Of a DNA stretch of 64,000 bases, positions 24,801 to 35,925 are shown in pieces. The first letter of the stretch is position 1. Every line of letters starts with the position of its first letter. The position numbers and the translations under genes were made by a program. The notes below the pieces were generated by a model. The model ran no database searches, was not told where the DNA came from, and saw nothing but the letters and a program-made list of their open reading frames with translations. Source of the DNA: Macrostomum lignano (lineage: Eukaryota); contig NIVC01002258.1 of assembly GCA_002269645.1 (NCBI GenBank), positions 125,230 through 189,229 on the forward strand. Direction: 5' to 3'.

Positions 24801-27800
24801 AAATCCCATCCAGTAATAATTGAAATCCCATCCAGTAATAATTGAAATCCCATCCAGTAATATTTGAAATCCAATCCAGTAATATTTGAAATCCCATCCA
24901 GTAATACTTGAAACCCATCCATCCAGTAATAATTGAAATCCCATCCAGTAATATTTGAAATCCCATCCAGTAATAATTAAATCCCATCCAGTAATATTTG
25001 AAACCCCATCCATCCAGTAATAATTGAAATCCCATCCAGTAATATTTGAAATCCCATCCAGTAATATTTGAAATCCCACCAGTAATATTTGAAATCCCAT
25101 CCAGTAGTAATTGAAATCCCATCCAGTAATAATTGAAATCCCACCCAGTAATAATTGAAATCCCATCCAGTAATAACTGAAATCCCATCCAGTAATATTT
25201 GAAATCCCACCAGTAATAATTGAAATCCCACCCAGTAAGAGTTGAAATCCCATCCAGTAATAACTGAAATCCCATCCAGTAATATTTGAAATCCCACCCA
25301 GTAATAATTGAAATCCACCCAGTAATAATTGAAATCCCACCAGTAATAATTGAAATCCCATCCAGTAATATTTGAAATCCCACCCAGTAATATTTGAAAT
25401 CCCATCCAGTAATAATTGAAATCCCATCCAGTAATAATTGAAATCCCACCCAGTAATAATTGAAATCCCATCCAGTAATATGAAATCCCATCCAGTAATA
25501 TTTGAAATCCCACCCAGTAATATTTGAAATCCCATCCAGTAATAATTGAAATCCCATCCAGTAATATTTGAAATCCCATCCAGTAATATTTGAAATCCCA
25601 TCCAGTAATACTTGAAACCCATCCATCCAGTAATAATTGAAATCCCATCCAGTAATATTTGAAATCCCATCCAGTAATATTTGAAATCCCATCCAGTAAT
25701 AGTTAAAATCCCATCCAGTAATATTTGAAACCCCATCCATCCAGTAATAATTGAAATCCCATCCAGTAATATTTGAAATCCCATCCAGTAATATTTGAAA
25801 TCCCATCCAGTAATAATTGAAATCCCATCCAGTAATATTTGAAATCCCATCCAGTAATACTTGAAACCCCATCCATCCAGTAATAATTGAAATCCCATCC
25901 AGTAATATTTGAAATCCCATCCAGTAATAATTGAAATCCCATCCAGTAATATTTGAAATCCCATCCAGTAATACTTGAAACCCCATCCATCCAGTAATAA
26001 TTGAAATCCCATCCAGTAATATTTGAAATCCCATCCAGTAATAATTAAAATCCCATCCAGTAATATTTGAAACCCCATCCATCCAGTAATAATTGAAATC
26101 CCATCCAGTAATATTTGAAATCCCATCCAGTAATATTTGAAATCCCATCCAGTAATAATTGAAATCCCATCCAGTAATATTTGAAACCCCATCCAGTAAT
26201 ACTTGAAACCCCATCCATCCAGTAATAATTGAAATCCCATCCAGAAATAATTGAAATCCCATCCAGTAACATTTAAAATCCCATCCAGTAATATTTGAAA
26301 TCCCATCCAATAATAATTGAAATCCCATCCAGTAATATTTGAAATCCCATCCAGTAATAATTGAAATCCCATCCAGTAACATTTAAAATCCCATCCAGTA
26401 ATATTTGAAATCCCATCCAGTAATATTTGAAATCCCATCCAGTAACATTTGAAACCCCATCCAGTAATACTTGAAACCCCATCCATCCAGTAATAATTGA
26501 AATCCCATCCAGTAACATTTAAAATCCCATCCAGTAATATTTGAAATCCCATCCAGTAATAATTAAAATCCCATCCAGTAACATTTGAAATCCCACCCAG
26601 TAATAATTGAAATCCCATCCAGTAATAACTGAAATCCCATCCAGTAATATTTTAAATACCATCCAGTAATATTTGAAGTACCATCCAGTAATAATTGAAA
26701 TCCCACCCAGTAATAATTGAAATCCCACCAGTAATAATTGAAATCCCATCCAGTAATAATTGAAATCCCACCCAGTAATATTTGAAATCCCATCCAGTAA
26801 TAATTGAAATCCCACCCAGTAATAATTGAAATCCCACCCAGTAATAATTGAAATCCCATCCAGTAATATTTGAAATCCCATCCAGTAATAATTAAAATCC
26901 CACCCAGTAATATTTGAAATCCCATCCAGTAATAATTGAAATCCCACCCAGTAATAATTGAAATCCCACCCAGTAATAATTGAAATCCCATCCAGTAATA
27001 ATTGAAATCCCACCCAGTAATATTTGAAATCCCATCCAGTAATAATTGAAATCCCATCCAGTAATAATTGAAATCCCACCCAGTAATAATTGAAATCCCA
27101 CCCAGTAATAATTTAAATCCCATCCAGTAATATTTGAAATCCCATCCAGTAATAATTGAAATCCCATCCAGTAATATTTGAAATCCCACCCAGTAATATT
27201 TGAAATCCCATCCAGTAGTAATTGAAATCCCATCCAGTAATAATTGAAATCCCACCCAGTAAGAATTGAAATCCCATCCAGTAATAACTGAAATCCCATC
27301 CAGTAATATTTGAAATCCCACCCAGTAATATTTGAAATCCCATCCAGTAATAATTGAAATCCCATCCAGTAATATTTGAAATCCCATCCAGTAATATTTG
27401 AAATCCCATCCAGTAATACTTGAAACCCCATCCATCCAGTAATAATTGAAATCCCATCCAGTAATATTTGAAATCCCATCCAGTAATATTTGAAATCCCA
27501 TCCAGTAATAATTAAAATCCCATCCAGTAATATTTGAAACCCCATCCATCCAGTAATAATTGAAATCCCATCCAGTAATATTTGAAATCCCATCCAGTAA
27601 TATTTGAAATCCCATCCAGTAATAATTGAAATCCCATCCAGTAATATTTGAAATCCCATCCAGTAATACTTGAAACCCCATCCATCCAGTAATAATTGAA
27701 ATCCCATCCAGTAATATTTGAAATCCCATCCAGTAATAATTAAAATCCCATCCAGTAATATTTGAAACCCCATCCAGTAATAATTGAAATCCCATCCAGT

Positions 27801-29649
27801 AATATTTGAAATCCCATCCAGTAATATTTGAAATCCCATCCAGTAATAATTGAAATCCCATCCAGTAATATTTGAAACCCCATCCAGTAATACTTGAAAC
27901 CCCATCCATCCAGTAATAATTGAAATCCCATCCAGAAATAATTGAAATCCCATCCAGTAACATTTAAAATCCCATCCAGTAATATTTGAAATCCCATCCA
28001 ATAATAATTGAAATCCCATCCAGTAATATTTGAAATCCCATCCAGTAATAATTGAAATCCCATCCAGTAACATTTAAAATCCCATCCAGTAATATTTGAA
28101 ATCCCATCCAGTAATATTTGAAATCCCATCCAGTAACATTTGAAACCCCATCCAGTAATACTTGAAACCCATCCATCCAGTAATAATTGAAATCCCATCC
28201 AGTAACATTTAAAATCCCATCCAGTAATATTTGAAATCCCATCCAGTAATAATTAAAATCCCATCCAGTAACATTTGAAATCCCACCCAGTAATAATTGA
28301 AATCCCATCCAGTAATAACTGAAATCCCATCCAGTAATATTTTAAATACCATCCAGTAATATTTGAAGTACCATCCAGTAATAATTGAAATCCCACCCAG
28401 TAATAATTGAAATCCCACCCAGTAATAATTGAAATCCCATCCAGTAATAATTGAAATCCCACCCAGTAATATTTGAAATCCCATCCAGTAATAATTGAAA
28501 TCCCACCCAGTAATAATTGAAATCCCACCCAGTAATAATTGAAATCCCATCCAGTAATATTTGAAATCCCATCCAGTAATAATTAAAATCCCACCCAGTA
28601 ATATTTGAAATCCCATCCAGTAATAATTGAAATCCCACCCAGTAATAATTGAAATCCCACCCAGTAATAATTGAAATCCCATCCAGTAATAATTGAAATC
28701 CCACCCAGTAATATTTGAAATCCCATCCAGTAATAATTGAAATCCCATCCAGTAATAATTGAAATCCCACCCAGTAATAATTGAAATCCCACCCAGTAAT
28801 AATTGAAATCCCATCCAGTAATATTTGAAATCCCATCCAGTAATAATTGAAATCCCACCCAGTAATAATTGAAATCCCACCCAGTAATAATTGAGATCCC
28901 ATCCAGTAATAATTAAAATCCCATCCAGTAATAATTGAAATCCCACCCAGTAACATTTGAAATCCCATCCAGTAATAACTGAGATCCCATCACCTCCCAT
29001 CTTTCAACGCTTTTGATTAGGACCTAAATCTCACTCTCTAATCCTACCAGAATTCCCTAAATCCCATTGCAAATCCCTTCAGGGCAACACGAGCCTGCAC
29101 TACGCGGTCAGCCAGTCCAACTGGGCCCTGGTCCGAGCTTTGCTCTCCAGCGGCCTGATCCGAGTGGCCGACCTCACCAACAAGTCGGGCTACTCTGCCC
29201 CAATGCTAGTCGGCCTGTGCCGCCTACCCTCGTCAACATTGGACTCGAATGGCGAAGCTGAAGACTCGCGCAGTGCGGCCAGAGACCTGCTGGCCTCGGC
29301 TGGCGACATCAACGCTAAATCGGTGCCGAGCGGCCGGACGGCGCTGATGCTGGCAGCCGGACACGGCCGGTTGGAGTCGCTGCGACTGCTGCTGCAGCTG
29401 GGCGCCGATCCCAATCTGCAAGATGATGAAGGATTCACAGCGCTGATGCTGGCAGCTGAGCAGGGTCATCTGGACTGCGTCCGGGCTCTGCTGGCTCATC
29501 CCAATCTGGATGTGGAGCTGCAGAACAACGAAGGTGTCACTGCGTTGAGCCTGGCTTTGGACAGCGGGCATCGGGACGCCGCGCTGCAGATCTACGCCAG
29601 GGCCAAGCTGGGCGGCCGGGCTGGCAACTTCGGTGTAAGCTGCTGCTGA
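4258..29649 (+). CDS. KANK: KANK (KN motif and ankyrin repeat domain protein); 5 coding exons 4258-6876, 7856-8490, 17265-17478, 18653-18796, 29083-29649; about 1392 aa
   Basis: All junctions are GT-AG and phase-consistent (0,2,0,0). N-terminal [10 protein letters not shown] is KN-like, followed by a coiled coil and RSVG(V/I)G-type repeats. The C-terminus aligns with KANK1: VVKAEWFR...MVNFSDEN|[14 protein letters not shown]...[10 protein letters not shown]...[20 protein letters not shown]...[23 protein letters not shown]...[18 protein letters not shown]. Confidence 0.93.
6975..7790. repeat. 34-bp minisatellite filling KANK intron 1
   Basis: Unit ctgtaattgtctgtcagataggccaacagtcagt (GATAGG at 7021, 7055, ...). 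Homogeneous core with degenerate ends. Confidence 0.95.
7856..8490 (+). CDS. KANK: KANK exon 2
   Basis: Acceptor CCCCAG|GTG (phase 0), open frame, donor GAGACG|GTGAGT (phase 2). Ends SILS...KTVTF, similar to the KANK K.LQF motif region. Confidence 0.8.
8540..9245. repeat. 21/32-bp minisatellite at the start of KANK intron 2
   Basis: Unit ctagctatgaccgatcattta with an optional gacctagactat insert. Confidence 0.92.
9855..10823. repeat. 24-27-bp minisatellite, left part (split by the LINE)
   Basis: Unit (ctg)ctagactctcactgtctc(t/c)cttg. Confidence 0.95.
10920..14660 (-). CDS. LINE ORF2: APE endonuclease, reverse transcriptase, RNase H; in-frame TAG at 14525-14523
   Basis: MTKLQ...CLQINLQHC...LILIQEP*MRNGK, continuous with the 1200-aa ORF. 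APE: [22 protein letters not shown]: [38 protein letters not shown]. RNase H: [40 protein letters not shown]. Confidence 0.93.
14653..15810 (-). CDS. LINE ORF1 (gag-like; basic coiled-coil segment and C-terminal RRM/DUF4780-like region), 385 aa from the first ATG
   Basis: Open frame 15867-14653, first ATG at 15810 ([10 protein letters not shown]). [17 protein letters not shown]; VFVP...LLRLNPDL. Its stop overlaps the ORF2 ATG (ATGACTAA). Confidence 0.8.
   Translation of the reverse strand: MAFEPSMDKQAISRDGDPSKPQPQSEGPAGPAGRSQPTDSTVAKEGPAGSAGRSDQSYQTQNTQRPASSAGGSKGTASSEPKGPAKSGRSDEAQRARLERKRAKQRAKRQAKKGAAGAKAAASTMDAEATGVPRQPDGPAGGSSGSSAAALPGDAAAAAEAETTAQQMATANKEVPSGATFAAKAKAKIPGVIIQGRDQDWTTDQLQKVWSAVDSYLIELTVEEGISIGIERMVLRSTFVLIAPSSEEDARRLLQRLPTVSLDADLGGALFLREGQRPKTIPYVVFVPAKSTAAGPDVIRRVLLRLNPDLPASGLVYHRKVRRGETGNSIVLGLSSTWASRYPNGSSFQLGALKLKMRRGRGRSVVQVSLMALGSSQKLHLIQYD
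16327..16675. repeat. 24-27-bp minisatellite, right part (same array as 9855-10823)
   Basis: Same unit ctgctagactctcactgtctctcttg. Confidence 0.95.
17265..17478 (+). CDS. KANK: KANK exon 3 (Ser/Asp-rich linker, start of the Ank0 helices)
   Basis: Acceptor CTTCCAG|A (phase 2). [16 protein letters not shown] and [12 protein letters not shown] resemble KANK1 TTSSDDSSSDES and LSEKMLSACNLL. Donor TTG|GTGAGC. Confidence 0.85.
17560..18585. repeat. 34-bp (2 x 17-bp) minisatellite filling KANK intron 3
   Basis: Unit atgacccaatggcattt + atgactcattgagatct (CATTTATGAC at 17641 and 17675). Confidence 0.95.
18653..18796 (+). CDS. KANK: KANK exon 4
   Basis: Acceptor CACCAG|AAC; [14 protein letters not shown]...[12 protein letters not shown]; donor AAT|GTGAGC. 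Confidence 0.9.
18862..28998. repeat. About 10.1-kb satellite of 21-23-bp units filling KANK intron 4, with higher-order duplications
   Basis: Unit gaaatccca(t/c)ccagtaata(tt/at)t. Rare variants recur at fixed spacing (26651/28341; 26241/27932). Confidence 0.98.
29083..29649 (+). CDS. KANK: KANK exon 5 (ankyrin repeats); may instead splice at GGT|GTAAGC (29634)
   Basis: Acceptor CCTTCAG|GGC. Canonical ankyrin motifs [32 protein letters not shown]. Confidence 0.93.
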   Translation, partial: GNTSLHYAVSQSNWALVRALLSSGLIRVADLTNKSGYSAPMLVGLCRLPSSTLDSNGEAEDSRSAARDLLASAGDINAKSVPSGRTALMLAAGHGRLESLRLLLQLGADPNLQDDEGFTALMLAAEQGHLDCVRALLAHPNLDVELQNNEGVTALSLALDSGHRDAALQIYARAKLGGRAGNFGVSCC

Positions 29650-29777
29650 TTGACATGCGTTTGGGTGGGGATTGCCACTTCTTGTACTGGGTGTTGGTGA
29701 GCGCAAGTGTGAATGCTTGAATGTAAAACTGTGAATGAATAAGGAGTAGTAGGAATAGGTAAATGGAAATGTTAATA

Positions 29778-30428
29778 AGTGAGTGGGAGTGTGAATGGGT
29801 GAGTGGGAGTGTGAATGGGTGAGTGGGAGTGTGAATGGGTGAGTGGGAGTGTGAATGGGTGAGTGGGAGTGTGAATGGGTGAGTGGGAGTGTGAATGGGT
29901 GAGTGGGAGTGTGAATGGGTAAGTGGAAATGTGAATGAGTAAGTGGGAGTGTGAATGGGTGAGTGGGAGTATGAATGGGTGAGTGGGAGTGTGAATGGGT
30001 GAGTGGGAGTGTGAATGGGTGAGTGGGAGTATGAATGGGTGAGTGGGAGTATGAATGGGTGAGTGGGAGTGTGAATGGGTGAGTGGGAGTATGAATGGGT
30101 GAGTGGGAGTGTGAATGGGTAAGTGGAAATGTGAATGAGTAAGTGGGAGTGTGAATGGGTGAGTGGGAGTGTGAATGGGTGAGTGGGAGTATGAATGGGT
30201 GAGTGGGAGTATGAATGGGTGAGTGGGAGTGTGAATGGGTGAGTGGGAGTATGAATGGGTGAGTGGGAGTATGAATGGGTGAGTGGGAGTGTGAATGGGT
30301 GAGTGGGAGTATGAATGGGTGAGTGGGAGTATGAATGGGTGAGTGGGAGTATGAATGGGTGAGTGGGAGTATGAATGGGTGAGTGGGAGTGTGAATGGGT
30401 GAGTGGGAGTGTGAATGGGTGAGTGGGA
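29778..30428. repeat. 20-bp minisatellite (gagtgggagt(g/a)tgaatgggt)n
   Basis: About 32 direct copies. Confidence 0.97.
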
Positions 30429-30567
30429 TGGCAAGAAGTGTTACTGAGTGCACGTGACTAGATTTTAGCAAAAACATTATTTACAAAATTTTGCCATATT
30501 CAGCAATAAAATTGATTGTGCACTTCATTTTATAGTACTCGTAGGCTGACAGCTGATTGGGCGTGTG

Positions 30568-30581
30568 GTTTCCATAGTAAC
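30568..30581. promoter_or_regulatory. RFX X-box GTTTCCATAGTAAC, next to a CCAAT box (ATTGG 30556-30560) and an E-box (CACGTG 30451-30456)
   Basis: Fits the X-box consensus GTHNYY-AT-RRNAAC exactly. Function is not shown. Confidence 0.5.
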
Positions 30582-30751
30582 CGGTCGAAAATGGCTACTT
30601 TGTTGGCCATGAATATTTGTCTAGTTTTCGTTGATTGTTCGTCACAACTTTAATTGATTTGTTTTTGTCTTTTTAAAAAAGTTTTTTTGCTCACCGTGAG
30701 ACCCCTCCCAACTACTCTGTTGCTCAAAACTGCGTCACCCATTTTTCACAG

Positions 30752-30831
30752 CCGGCAAACTCATTCGCCGAGCTCGAAGCTGAGTTAAACAGCTTCGATG
30801 ATGGACAGCTGGCGGCTGACGAACTCAGCAG
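30752..30831 (+). CDS. Candidate small exon (KANK C-terminal extension, or first exon of a separate gene)
   Basis: Acceptor TTTTTCACAG|CCG and donor CAG|GTGAGT. Reads PANSFAELEAELNSFDDGQLAADELS in phase with KANK donor 29634. Confidence 0.45.
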
Positions 30832-31169
30832 GTGAGTACGGGTGTGTGCAGTTATTTAGCTGTCAAGTGTGCCTTAGTATAGTCTACTGTCTGTCTCCTA
30901 TCTCGCTGTGAAATCTGAGAGCGTCTTGACTCTTTCCAAGCAAACCCTGTCTGACTATGGGTATTGCATTTTCTATGCAAACAGTGCCGCAAATCTGTGA
31001 TCTGTGAGGTTTTTAAACTGGCGTGTATGTGTGCGCATCTGCATTACTTATAGTAGTTTAAACTCGTATAGTAGCAAGGCTTCAGTATCAAGTTTCGAGG
31101 TTTCTTGTCAATCTTATCAATCATCCATCTTTTTTATTCTGTTCTATTATTGATTTCGTCTCTCCATCA

Positions 31170-31900
31170 ACTCAGCTTCATCTCTCGCTCATCTCACCTT
31201 CGTATTTCGTTTATCTCATCCTTGTCTCGCTCATCTCACCCTCATCTCACCCTCGTTTCTCCCTCATCTCATTCTCATATCACCCTCGTTTCTCCCTCAT
31301 CTCATCCTCGTCTCTCCCTCATCTCATCCTCATCTCACCATCGTTTCTCCCTCATCTCATCCTCATCTCACCCTCGTTTCTCCCTCATCTCCTCATCTCA
31401 CCCTCGTTTCTCCCTCATCTCATTCTCATATCACCCTCGTTTCTCCCTCATCTCATCCTCATCTCTCCCTCATCTCATCCTCATCTCACCATCGTTTCTC
31501 CCTCATCTCATCCTCATCTCACCCTCGTTTCTCCCTCATCTCCTCATCTCACCCTCGTTTCTCCCTCATCTCATCCTCGTCTCTCCCTCATCTCACCCTC
31601 ATCTCACCCTCGTTTCTCCCTCATCTCATCCTCGTCTCTCCCTCATCTCACCCTCGTTTCTCCCTCATCTCGTTCTCGTCTCTCCCTCGTCTCCCTCATC
31701 TCATCATCGTCTCTCCCTCATCTCACGCTCTTCTCTCCCTCATCTTACGCTGTTCTTTCCCTCGTCAGTCGTCTCCATCATCTCATCCTCGTCTCTCCCT
31801 CATATCACTCTCGTCTCTTCTTTATAATCTCTCCCTCTTCAGCCTCCTGTCTCACCTACGTAGCACCTCGACCTTTCTTTTTGCCTTTTATCTCTCCTTC
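31170..31900. repeat. Degenerate CT-rich repeat (tctccctcatctcaccctcgtt)
   Basis: Visible periodic pyrimidine-rich units. Confidence 0.85.
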
Positions 31901-31956
31901 TTCTCTCCCCCATCTCGTCCCCTTTTCTCTCCCTCTTCCTCTACTCACCTGTCCAG

Positions 31957-32158
31957 CTCCACAAGCAGCAAGAACAATCAGTCAAAACCCACCCACACCA
32001 CCCCCCATTGCAGCCTCCTACTAATGGAAGAGCCCATTGAACAGCAGCAGCAGTCTCGCAAATGCAGCACAAAATCAGCTGAAATGTCAGCAGCTGATTC
32101 AGTTGAAACAGAGGAAACCATTGAATTGGTAATTCAATTCAATTGTCACAAGTTTTAA
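31957..32158 (+). CDS. Candidate following terminal exon
   Basis: Acceptor GTCCAG|C after a long pyrimidine tract. The phase-2 continuation is open: STSSKNNQ...EEPIEQQQQ...NCHKF*. Confidence 0.35.
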
Positions 32159-32769
32159 ATGAGATTGCTAAGAGAATAATAACCAAATAAACTTCAGCTA
32201 ACAATTAGAACTAACAGTGAATCATAAATCTGCTTTGCTGTATGCGCAAATTAAAGATTGTCGGCAACACTGGAGGCATCGCCCTTGCGGTTGAGTCGCC
32301 GCCTCTGAACTCAACTGGATTGAGCAGTTTAATTCAACTGCTAATGCTGATCACCTGCATAGTGCTCACTGTGCTATTCAGCATTGAGGTCTTGCCAGCC
32401 AGTAAGATTGCTGAGCTCTCGGCTTCCCCTGAACTTTTATTCCATTGTTTCCTAGTCGGATTTTTCTGGTAGCTGCTTTGTTCCCAACTGTGTTCGTCCA
32501 CCGATATGGATCTGCGAGTATTTAGGCTGTGTGTTGTGCTTTCTTACTTTTCTTATAACAGCTAATTATGGATTGAGCACCCGTTTATACTTTTTTATTT
32601 ATTATTTTTTGGTTGTTGGCAATCTTATCTATCACCTGTGTCCGTCTTGCTTATTATTTACCTTCTTTCTTAAACATATCTTGTTGTGTATTTGGTTATT
32701 TATACTTTATGACCACATATAAGCTTTAGCTGTCTGCCTGTCTGTCTGTCTGTCTATCTGTCTGTCTAT

Positions 32770-32999
<230 letters not shown>

Positions 33000-33042
33000 T
33001 CTGTCTGTCTGTCTGTCTGTTTGCCTGTCTGTCTAACTGTCT

Positions 33043-33077
33043 GACTTACTTGACTTAGCTGCAGGGTGGTCCGTAGA
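33043..33077 (-). mobile_element. 35-bp extreme 5'-truncated insertion of a Loa-like element (3' tail only), 14-bp TSD
   Basis: gacttacttgacttagctgcaggg is identical to 10825-10848. Flanked by CTGTCTAACTGTCT at 33029-33042 and 33078-33091. Confidence 0.8.
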
Positions 33078-33086
33078 CTGTCTAAC

Positions 33087-33141
<55 letters not shown>

Positions 33142-33184
33142 TCTGTCTGTCTGTCTGTCTGTTTGCCTGTCTGTCTAACTGTCT

Positions 33185-33219
33185 GACTTACTTGACTTAG
33201 CTGCAGGGTGGTCCGTAGA
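33185..33219 (-). mobile_element. Second copy of the 35-bp LINE-tail insert (142-bp tandem duplication)
   Basis: Identical insert and flanks 142 bp downstream. Confidence 0.8.
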
Positions 33220-33227
33220 CTGTCTAA

Positions 33228-33264
<37 letters not shown>

Positions 33265-33308
33265 GGTCTGTCTGTCTGTCTGTCAGTCTTGTCTGTCTGT
33301 CTGTCTAT

Positions 33309-33341
<33 letters not shown>

Positions 33342-35305
33342 GTGTGTCTTAGTGTCTGTCTGTCTTTTTGTCTGTTTTTATATTCTATAAAATGCAGACC
33401 TGTTGTGTGCGCATTTATGTTTAACATTTTAGTAAACTTTTACCTACCTATAAATGTCGTGTGTGCTTATTGGTATCGCATATATGCTGCTTGCTAGAAA
33501 CAGATGTTTTAGTTTGCATTCGGCTGCTATAAGTAGTATTTTGACTCTCGCATTTGCATTTTCCAAGGTTATTCGCTCCTCAGTTTAGACTGATTGACGA
33601 ACCGTAGGTAAAACTTGCGATGTTGATTTGAGAGTTTTCTATTTTGGTAAATGAGATGCATGATTGAAACTCGGCTCGAATTAAAATCCGACTTTAAAAG
33701 CCAGAGTAAAAAATAGTAGAAGTACATTTTGATAAAAATCTCTACAAAGAATATCAGTTATTTAGTTGACTTATGATCGGTTAAGTTTTGTTTTAATTCC
33801 TTCCGGATTTATTGCTTACGTTTTCAAATTGTTTTTTTTATTTAAATATTTCATTTTTCATAATTATTTCAGAAATACTTAAACTGATTGGAAATGCATT
33901 GCTTTTCAGGTCCGGTTCCACTCTGATGTTGTATCGCAGTAACTGAGGTATGGGACGAGTGCGGCGTGTATCACTCTAAGTAGTAGTAGTATTTATATCA
34001 GGCAGATTACAGCTGATAGCGGCATAGTGTATACCTGTATTCAATTTCATAATTCGTGATTTCTGTCATTCCTTAATTTCGTTTGGCTCTACTTTAAAGC
34101 TTAATTATTTGGCTTACTGCCAAATTTGCTAATAATAAACGTAAAGATTGTTCTTTTGTGTGACCTTGACGAAAAAGTACTTTATCATTACCTCTTAAAT
34201 GTACTTTTTACGAGTAATCTAGTAGAAATGAACAGCTATTGAGAAAATTATTAAGTTTCTTTTCCGTTTGGTGACCTCATTTTTTTGTCAGCTCAAATTG
34301 TTTTTTCTTTGTTGTTTTTAGACACTTTTTTCTTTTTTTATTGCGAAAATGTGATACATAGTACTAATAATAATCAAATGCAGAACATAAGTAGTGTGTT
34401 TAGCAAACTACAATCATTTCTGTACCTGCTAGACAAAACTTAATTTTTTCTTCTAAATTTGTCTACTGTGAGTAAAGCGAATTGCTTTTTTTGTTTTTTT
34501 TTGTTTTGAAGAAGTCGTCTAAAAGCGTATTATGACTGCAGCTGGAGCCGAGGTACCGCTTCAATAGTCCTTGTCCGCCTGAGAGTGCGTATTTATTAGT
34601 TTTTTAAATAAGTTATTAATTTTCAGCTGGCACTGCGTGCCCATTCCATTAATTTGCATTATTTTCTATTCAAAGTATGTTGCTGTCATGCATCTTAATT
34701 TAGACCCACGTTTTTCTGCTTCGTGTACACTCAACATTTTTTTTTCTCCAGGTTCCAAGTTCTTGAAAGTGATGTATAGACAAGGCTTGTTTTAATTTGA
34801 AATTTGCCATGGATGTATTACTCATTAATATTAATTATCATTGCTTTCCGTCAGCCATCTGATCAGCTTCTGAGTTGCCTCATCAAATGTATTTTTGTCT
34901 ATATTTATGTGAACACAAAAATTTATTATTATATTTAGTTCAATATACATGCAGTTAAGCAAAGCTCCTGATAAATGATTTCGTCTCTGAAGCATACCCA
35001 GCATTTTCCGCTATCGGTTGAAACTCTTACTTTGTTTTATTTGTGTGCTCGAGACTCGTAATAACAAAATCAGATGCACCAATTCAAATTTTATTTTAGG
35101 TGTATATGCGGACCTGCTAATCTTAGACTCTACGCTTTTCATTTGCCACGCTGCGTATGCTATGTAATAAATCTAAATACATCAGACCCGCTTACTGAAG
35201 GATTCCTAACTTCTGTATTTTCATTTTTTTAACGCAATAGATTTTATTATTAATTTGACTGAAATTTTATTCAACAAGTTGCTCGTTAATTTGGAATACA
35301 GCATG

Positions 35306-35434
35306 CTATTCTGGCTCATGAAACTTGCAGCCACGGGTCTTATAGCTAAGAGAGCACAGCAGCCTGGCAACCAGAGAGCATCCGGAATTGTCTCTTGTTG
35401 ACGCATTGCTAACTTCCATTCCCTCAGGCAAATG
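35306..35434 (-). CDS. Candidate terminal exon (cytoplasmic tail) for the TM exon at 37872-37742
   Basis: Acceptor GCCGCAG|CAT after a long pyrimidine tract. Phase 0, HLPEGMEV...KFHEPE*. Confidence 0.35.
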   Translation of the reverse strand, partial: HLPEGMEVSNASTRDNSGCSLVARLLCSLSYKTRGCKFHEPE

Positions 35435-35460
35435 CTGCGGCAGCCAGCCACAAAGGGGAG

Positions 35461-35925
35461 ATGAAGGGGGTGAAGGGAGTGGATGAAGGTGTGAATAGAG
35501 AGGATGTAGGGGAGATAGAGAAGATGAAAGGAGAGGATGAAGGGGGTGAGGGAGAGGATGAAGGGGGTGAGGGAGAGGATGAAGGGGGTGAGGGAGAGGA
35601 TGAAGGGGGTGAGGGAGAGGATGAAAGGGGTGAGGGAGAGGATGAAGGGGGTGAGGGAGAGGATGTAGGGAAGATAGAGAAGATGAAAGGAGAGGATGAA
35701 GAGGGTGGAGGGAGAGGATGTGGGGGAGATAGAGAAGATGAAAGGAGAGGATGTAGGGGGGATAGAGAAGATGAAAGGAGAGGATGTAGGGGGTAAAAGG
35801 AGAGCATGAAGGGGGTGAAAGGAGAGGATGAAGGGGATGAAGAGAGAGGATGCAGGGGGAATGAAGGGAGAGAATGAAGAGTAGATAGAGAAGATGAAGG
35901 AAGAGGATGAAGGGAGAGGACGAAG
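35461..35925. repeat. GA-rich 21-bp repeat (gaggatgaagggggtgaggga)
   Basis: Direct observation. Confidence 0.88.

Noticed and set aside
18806-29000. Dozens of long minus-strand ORFs (up to 1252 aa; [16 protein letters not shown]...)
   Set aside because: The satellite unit has no TTA/CTA/TCA on the plus strand, so all three minus frames are open by construction. They lie antisense within a KANK intron and show no domain signal.
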